Below the pieces are notes generated by a model, which had not been told where the DNA came from, made no database searches, and saw only the letters and a list, made by a program, of their open reading frames with translations. DNA of 56,209 nucleotides, counting the filler, from Sphacelaria rigidula (taxonomy: Eukaryota): assembly GCA_964200075.2 (NCBI GenBank). It is 6 parts of 6 records of this genome, joined end to end, with 100 filler letters (N's around TTAATTAATTAA, not from the genome) between each part and the next. Parts side by side here need not be neighbours in the genome. Positions count along the whole stretch, not along the records: positions 46,928 to 56,209 come from CAXNAA020008842.1; 5 more parts are not named here. One strand, given 5' to 3'. Positions 48,910 to 56,209 of this stretch are shown here, piece by piece. Each line of letters begins with the position of its first letter. Within the stretch, counting starts at the first letter, position 1. The translations under genes were made by a program, and so were the position numbers.

Positions 48910-50140
48910 TTACCTGGTGTCGAGACTCAAGTCCATCTCGATCTTATACGCGAGCGGCCCCGTATGCGCGCCCTTCTTCCCGCCTTCCGTACCCCCCCGG
49001 CTCGCCGCTTCATTGGCACCGTCATTATCCAGAGCGTGCTGCACCGGGTCTCCGTCAATTTTCCCCTCACTCTCAGGCGATTCCTCCTGCTGCGATGGTT
49101 GATCGCCGCTATTGTTGCTGCTGTTGTGTCCATGTGAAAACGAATACGATCGTTCAGGGCCATCCATGCAGTGACAACTGGACATATATATATATATATA
49201 TATTTGTACTGTAAGTTCTCCTTCATCGTGCTGCTCTTCCCTCCCCCCTCTCCCCCCCCTCTCTTCCCACCTCCTTATCTCATCCTTTCCTTGGACGACT
49301 TCGTCGTCTCGAGGGATCGACTTACCCTCCTCTCCTGCGGTATAGTGCAGCACTTGGCCTGTGCAGTACTCTACTATCGAGCATCGGATACAGCAGCAAC
49401 AGATCTTGCAGCCGATGGACGGGCTACCCTCATCGACCCTCCACAATACTGGTTTCGCCGCCTCCCGTTGTTGGAAAAAATAAAGATGAGAAAAGATAAG
49501 AGAAAAAGATACTCAATCGTCAGGATTCGAGCCCACAGACTCCAACCAGGCCAGTATTTCTGACTTGTACCTATATGACCACAGGGACGGCGACATGAGT
49601 CATGCAAAGCGGAATTTCACCACATTTTGGTATGATTGTTTCATGTGCGCAATGCAACATAATATTGGACACACAAAAACAAGCGAAAATAGTAAGGGAG
49701 GGGTGCTACTGATTGGTTATAGCGCAGTGTACTACTTTACTGCGGTACTGGATGCAGGGCAGACGGGAGTGAATCCATCATCTTTGCTAATAGATTATAC
49801 TCTTTAACATGGAGTGGTCTGCAGCACGATTTACGTACTTTACCACTCCGCGAGACGTACTGTTGTATATAACTTGCAGAAGGCAAAAAAAAAAAAAAGA
49901 GAGGGACATACGAACCTCTCTATTGCATCATCCCCAACGTCTTCTCCTGTCCCGATGCTCTCAGAGTCCGCCTCCGTTTCAGTCCGTTCCCCCTCATCCT
50001 GCTGCCTCCCCTGCCCATCCCCTGCACTGTCCTTGGGTGCTTCGTCCTTGTCCGACGTCGAGAGCGAAGACGATGGAGGGGCGGTCAATACAGCATCGAA
50101 AACGGCCCTGCATACCCCGGCCTCGGCGTTCATGGTGTGA
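48910..50140 (-). CDS. Possible exons (about 49912-50140 and 48910-49086) of an unknown acidic low-complexity protein
   Basis: Two purine-rich open stretches (…DKDEAPKDSAGDGQGRQQDEGERTETEADSES…; EESPESEGKIDGDPVQHALDNDG…DTR*) bounded by plausible AG/GT sites that can be joined in phase 0. No recognisable domain. Confidence 0.35.
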
Positions 50141-51099
50141 CTGGATAAAGACACGCCGGGGGGAAGGCGGGATTCGATCCCATCGAATTCCTTGAGGAGA
50201 CGGTTTGTCCATATCTGCCGTTTTCCAGTCAGAGGAGGGGAATGGCGAGGAGAGGGGGTGATATTATGCAACTCTTGCAGCACTCTGTGATCACAAAAAT
50301 ATAGGGCAATGGCCTAGAAAAGGTATACCTTCTCGTTTTTATGCCTAAGAAAGTTACGAAAAATGACCAGAAACGCGGAAACAACCGAAGACGCCATTTT
50401 GACCGTTTTCGCTCCGAATTTTTCATGCACATCATTCGGGGGAGGGGGGGTCATTGGCATCCGGGCATCGAAAAAACCCGGGAAAAACATGATACTCGAG
50501 AGATATGGGCACGCGAAAACGGACGTCTCGCCTCCAGGAACCGCTTACCTTTTGTAGGCCAAATTTCGCCAAGGTATACCTGATCTAGGAGTTTTTCAAT
50601 CGTACCTTATCTGGGCCATCGATCGGCCGAGAACGTACCTTTTCTGGGTCATCGATATCTACTCTGTACCTGGTGCGGCACATCGCGCGCAAGGGAGGCT
50701 ACGCGCCAACTCCAACATGGCGCCAACACATTCGGCTCTTTTCCAGCTCATTTGCCGTTCACGGACGCCACAACGACCACGCCCCTTTCTCGCCGGAAAT
50801 GGTTCCCAAGTCTCTCCGCATCGACACAATAACTGGACGCACAACTCACACCGCGTCGGTTTTTTGTGATCTGGTGGGTTGTGGAACATTGTTGTACTGT
50901 TGCGATCTCGGGGTGTCAGGGTCAAGCTAGGCTTTTCCACCACCAACAGGCGGTTGTCGCATCATCGATGGTTGGTTCAAGCAATGGACACAGTACTGGT
51001 CATCACACATAGAGAAATGGGGACAGAGCAGTGATAGCGTTCAGCACTGCAGTACAGGGCAACGTGCACCCAACGAAAACACTCGCGGAACGAGGCTAG

Positions 51100-51226
51100 C
51101 TAACCCTGTTATTTGACCGCAAGGGTAGCTCACGTGCTGAATTGGCATCGATTTCACATGAAAAAGTATGCCTGATCCAGCTAGACTACCCTCCTCGCGG
51201 TCTAAGGGTTAACCTTTATACCGCGG
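51100..51226. mobile_element. piggyBac-like micro-MITE copy followed by the start of another unit
   Basis: …CTCGCGGTCTAAGGG TTAA CCTTTATACCGCGG with the same AATTGGCATCGATTTCAC.TGAAAAAGTATG core. Further partial copies near 1616-1702, 2037-2220, 18775-18880, 19744-19845 and 54034-54083. Confidence 0.65.
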
Positions 51227-51473
51227 TCATTATACTTGTGCCAGTAAAATTTTGCCCTAGGGGGAAGGAATGAAAGGCCACCTCCGCCGCTATGATGGAT
51301 GCATGTATCTTGGTCGAAGCTGTACGGTACACAGACCCTATGGCGCGAATGCCGCCTGCAACATTTCATACCGTGGAGATTTCAACCAACTGTTCACGGT
51401 TAGGACAAATCAACTCGTGAGTCGACTCAAAGTCATCATCTCAATGAATAAATCATGCGGTTCGTACATCAGT

Positions 51474-51559
51474 TGTAATTCACGCAGTCAACCCTTCTTC
51501 ATGACTTAAGGCGTGATGTAATTCACGCAGTCAACCCTTCTTCGTGACTCAAGGCGTGA
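51474..51559 (+). repeat. 43-bp tandem duplication
   Basis: TGTAATTCACGCAGTCAACCCTTCTTC(A/G)TGACT(T/C)AAGGCGTGA occurs twice. Confidence 0.9.
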
Positions 51560-54500
51560 ATGGCTTGTACATGCACGTCATGTGCGACAAGTTGGACGTG
51601 AGCGCTGGTATATGTTTCCCACCTTCGGATGAATGCGGGGCCTACCGAAGTCAACAAGGTTAATTAATCTGCAGTCATGAGGCCTGAACCACACACACTT
51701 TTCTCAAACCTGTAATGCGCGCAAGATGCCTGCACTGCACAATATGTTATGTTACCCACCCTCGAGTGAATGTGGGACCAACACTCGGTAAAGAGTTGAA
51801 TTCTGCCATTTCATGTTCATGGGGCATGTATCACGCGTATTTTTTTCCCGCGGGTAATGCGCTGCATATCTGTAATCCGACACATCCTCCAAGTTTCTTG
51901 ACGCCTAACCTTCAGAAACACCGCCTCCATATTATCGAAAATAAATGACACTGAGTTGCAAGCCCGTAGGTTGTACTGTACAGTCTGTAACATGCACGAC
52001 GGATGGTGAAGATGGCTGAGTGAGCACACAACCCGCTCTCCGAGCATGCAACGCGAGCTGTTGAACACATTGTGGCCTTTTGTCAAATATAAATGAGTCG
52101 CGAAGGGCTGCGAAATGCTCCTTTCATTTGCAGCTGCTCCATCAACCAAGGCAACGACCAACTTTGGTTTGGACGATGAGGCGGGGTGTGTTCACTTTGT
52201 TCATCATTGAAAAAAATGCACTTGTGGCAAAAACACCGTCACAAGTACGACAGTACAACAGCGCCACTTATACTGCAGGTTGTGCCCCTTGCTACTGTGC
52301 TGTGGGTGTCAGTTCTCCTGCAAAAAAAAAAAAACGGAACAGAATCCGACATTTTTTCGCCCCAATACGCACGCACACACACTGCGCAACCCCAGATTCA
52401 GCTAGATGAGGTTGTTGTCTGTTGTCTACATGACATGTGGTCGAAATTTCAGCGCGTAAAAGCACTGACAGCGCTTGCACGGCCGTGTCTCCTGAAGTGA
52501 GCACCTCTACAGGCGATACCAAGATGGGTACTGCGTAAATTGACATCATCCAGAGTGTGCCCAATGCGGATCGATGTTTGTTTGCCGGGGCAGGAGCCGC
52601 CCAGCAGGTCATGATGTGGGAGTGAGCGCATCTGCGTGTCAACATATGCACCCACTGACGTCTTGCGCAGTCTGGGCTGAGGGGACTCCGTTTCGAGGGC
52701 GTATCGATAACATTGCCCAAAACCCTTATTCGCTTCGTATGTCTGGCGCACCACGTAAAACGTGCCACCGATCCGGGAATATACTGTCTGTGTTGTGGCC
52801 CACCTCTGTGCCAAGTTTCAGGCCGGTTCGTTCGGACACGGCGGAGAATTCCACAAGCAGACTAACGCTTGATTTGTACTGAAAATAACGTACTAAACCG
52901 TCGGAAGATACATGAGGGGCGTATGATTCTTGTATGTGGGCATCTTGGCATTTGAGCTGCATTTTTTGGCGGAAGATTGGTATAGCAACGCGCTACAGGT
53001 GATGACGATGGCGATCGTACGACTGGAACTAGTTGCTAACTAATGGTGTACTACAGTATGTACTACTGTACTGCGCACACTGACTTTTTTGTGTTCGTAT
53101 CATGGCTGTCTATACGAGTACTGACGTTCGTGCCTGTGTGCATGCATGTACAAGGGGCAGCGAAGTGATCATCTGTGTGTGCAGTTGCCGCATCTTCCGC
53201 GGGCGTGCAGGTCTCACAATAATCCTGCATCTTAGCGAATGCATCAAATGAAAACTAGGATCGTCATAGCCTTACTTGGGTGACGAATGGTCGGCGGTGG
53301 GTCCATGGGTGTGGTTTATTTTTCATAACGCGAACACTGATTTCAAGCATTTTCATTTAAATTATTACCAGTCCCTCTACATTTCATAACGCGAACTTGA
53401 TTTTAGGATGGAGTCCGTCACACTTGTGTTCACCGGCCTTCTGCAGCCCGCAGCCGTAGTACAGGACCATATGTTCTCCAGGCTTTACCAGCCGTCGGAG
53501 GGAAATGAAGCCCAGACCTGGCCTGGACATGGAAAAAAAAATCTTGTTGACCTCTCTGCATGTGGTACATGGCGCTTGAGTAGCGCACGTTTGTCCACCA
53601 ATACCAAAATCCCGGGTTAACTCCGTTCGAGAATCAAGGAAAAAAACGACGAAATAGCTGATATGAGTATTAATATTTTATAACAACCCGTCCCCATGAA
53701 CTCGGTGCCGAATGGCCAGTCCGAAATTGTCAGGATAGATTTCCCTTTGAGGTTATCTGGGTCTTAGGCCGTGTTTTGACGAAACAAGAATAGAGAGGAT
53801 GCGCCGTTGGAGTGGGAGTGATTCTATAGCGTTTTTAGTGATTTTGTACCTTGTTGTCCTTCCGACCGGTTGAGAGCTGACGTTCTCACTTTTCTTGTCC
53901 GATTAAAACAGGCCATTACACTCGTCTTTCAAGTGAAAATGACGGCCGGTCAAAAGAGACGCATCTTGGCGTACAAGGAGTTAAGCCCACGACAGAAGTC
54001 AAAATTGAGGTTGGATTCCTCTGCCGCCCCGGCTTAACCCTTAGACCGCGAGATTAGTCTTTCTGAATCATGCATACTTTTTTCCCCACCAGTCCTACGG
54101 TGTGTCCTGTACTGTTCTGCCGTGTAGCTTCAACCGTCGATCCTCATGAGACATGACGTGAACAAGTGACGAGAAAACTTCCATGAAACACATGGCACGC
54201 CAAAATAACAAGAAAAAGAGAAGCCAATTCGTTGGTGTGTGTGTGCTTGTGCACATGACAGGATCTTGAGCAACAACGAAACGAAACGGGCGGAATTTGT
54301 CCGACAACATGATGAACAATCCGCACACACGCCACAGGCCACACACCCCACGAAAACTCAACTTCAACAAAAACAAAGCAGCATATAAACAGTACAGTAC
54401 CGGAATACGAGTATACTGCATTGGGTCTGCACACACTCGCAACTTTGATAGCGCAACGTGCAACGCGCACCGCACGCGGCATGTTTTGACAACCCTGTTC

Positions 54501-56155
54501 CAGGTTGGAAAAAGTTGCTCCGAGAAATTACAACGGCGGTGTGTGATGCGGTTATCTTCGTAGTTGGCGCATGTACGTCTCCTCGACAAGTACTTCAGTT
54601 GGTTTACTGTTGTTGTTGAATCGGGTGTCAATCATTATCCGGGGACGAACCGGGCATTTCTTGTTTCGAAAGGAAGTCACGGCGCTGCTGTGCTGGGCGC
54701 AATGAGCACACATTTTTGCAAGGCTACCAAGCTGCTCTAACATCGGGGTAGCCGCATTTACTCCAGATAGATAGATGACAAGTGTACACTATTATATCTG
54801 TTTTACAAGGCTGCTGACCGTAGATACAACAGTATGGTAGTGCAGCACTGCTTACTGGCTGTTCCCGCGAAGACGGTTCGGTACAGTACAGTACTGTACA
54901 GTATACTGAAGTGAATTGAAGAAAATTGTACTGTACTCAGCACGAACAGGGAGATCGGACGAACCTACCAGGCGACCCAGTGGAGTATCCACTTTCCCAC
55001 TTGAACTACACGAAACGCAAGCAGGAGCTTGCCCATGACATTATTTCAACATAGGAAGCAGCTTGCACAGTCCGGCGATAGTCCATACCGACCCCAACTC
55101 CCCACCTGCCTACGTGCCTACCCCTGTAGTCATCCGTGAAGCAGATAATGTCAAGGAACAAACCCACCCTGAAGGAGGAGACGGATTACTGTTGTGAATC
55201 TGTGAAGGCGTCTTCCAGAAAGCAGGGAAAAAAACTCGCCTGAATGGTTACCATGCTGTCGTCTCCAATCTCAGGTTTAATCACCCACAAAGCCTCTCGA
55301 CACGGCAAGGTGCAGTATGGTATTCACGTGTACCACACGGCTCCGCGGTGATGATCAGCGAGGGAGCCAGCCTGCCTGGCTAGCATGCTCGCATATTCTT
55401 TTGCCATCATCCATGATGGAGTGTTCTCGCTTTGTGTTATTATTTATTCTGGATCCACGGAAGACAACATGATGGCTGATGGATCTTCGATGGCTGATGG
55501 ATCTTCGATGGATCGCAGTTGGTGTCAGAATTGAGCGGGCGGTAATTGCGCCGCATTCAGTTGGTCGTCATTCTTGGGGGTATCTTCTCCCGTCGACTTC
55601 ATGCATGCAAATATCAATGTTGCCCACCCGTAGGAATAACTTTAATGTTACAAACATGTGCATTACGTTGTTGCTAGGGTGGGGCGTGAACCGTGTTTAT
55701 AGGGGATCACCGTGCAACGTGCAAAACATTCACACACTACCGACTCCGGGTGTCGTCAGCGAGACCGTAAGCTCCACGCGTCAGAAGGGGGTGATGCTGT
55801 GAAACTACCACCGATGTGTGATTCGGAGGACAGGGGGGATATCAGCCGTCCGGTTGAATTGGTTGGGTTTAGTTGTTTCAGTATGAAGCATGTCGAAGAG
55901 AAACCGATGAAGAGTGTTCCCCGACGAAGTTTCCAACGCTCAGCAGCACACCGGTCATCGTACTAACGATTCCTTGCCGTTCGCTCGCTGTCAAAACGCG
56001 ATCAAAACCACCCGACGAATACGTAGGGTCGACGCTGGCGCGTTAGTAGTGCCACACAGTCTACAGTCTACAGTCTACAGTAAAAACGTCAATTTGGAGA
56101 CCAACGTTTGGTTCAAAACTGTGTTTTTTTGTTTATCGATACACTCGTTTGGTTC

Positions 56156-56209
56156 GAACAGCCAATCATCTATGTTGAGGATGGTGCTTTTGATTGAGGA
56201 TGAGAACCC
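56156..56209 (+). mobile_element. Left end of another copy of the palindromic MITE, cut by the window edge
   Basis: AACAGCCAATCATCTATGTTGAGGATGGTGCTTTTGATTGAGGATGAGAACCC matches 24418-24470. Confidence 0.65.

Noticed and set aside
52500..52900. Coding-like minus-strand stretch (DRWHVLR) as a transposase relic
   Set aside because: A single short motif with multiple stops; cannot be assigned.

Overview
This is a eukaryotic, intron-rich and repeat-dense scaffold, not prokaryotic DNA. Splice-site style, microsatellites and transposon types suggest a brown alga (Phaeophyceae); this is inference from recall, not a search. Five 100-nt assembly linkers (44N-TTAATTAATTAA-44N) and four 10-N gaps split the window, so adjacency across them is unproven. 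Almost all six-frame ORFs are noise. Two spliced genes can be rebuilt by hand with phase-consistent junctions. (1) A YbeY-family endoribonuclease on + (four exons at 29709-33302, one GC-AG intron); its catalytic C-terminal exons were not found. (2) A glutathionyl-hydroquinone reductase / Xi-class GST of YqjG/ECM4 type on - (seven exons at 41024-46439, 337 aa plus stop); its start exon is unresolved. A third low-complexity acidic gene fragment may lie at 48910-50140. The rest is a mosaic of transposon relics: two non-autonomous hAT-like elements with 8-bp TSDs, TTAA-flanked piggyBac-like micro-MITEs, several foldback MITEs, a tRNA-headed SINE nested in a foldback, two Ty3/gypsy chromo-integrase relics, and a G-run-tipped repeat superfamily with a conserved structured end. 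The most striking unexplained structures are a near-perfect 318-nt hairpin (36415-36732) and ~600-bp inverted repeats bracketing a gypsy fragment (25807-28061). I found no evidence strong enough to claim a new biological system; candidates are listed with tests.
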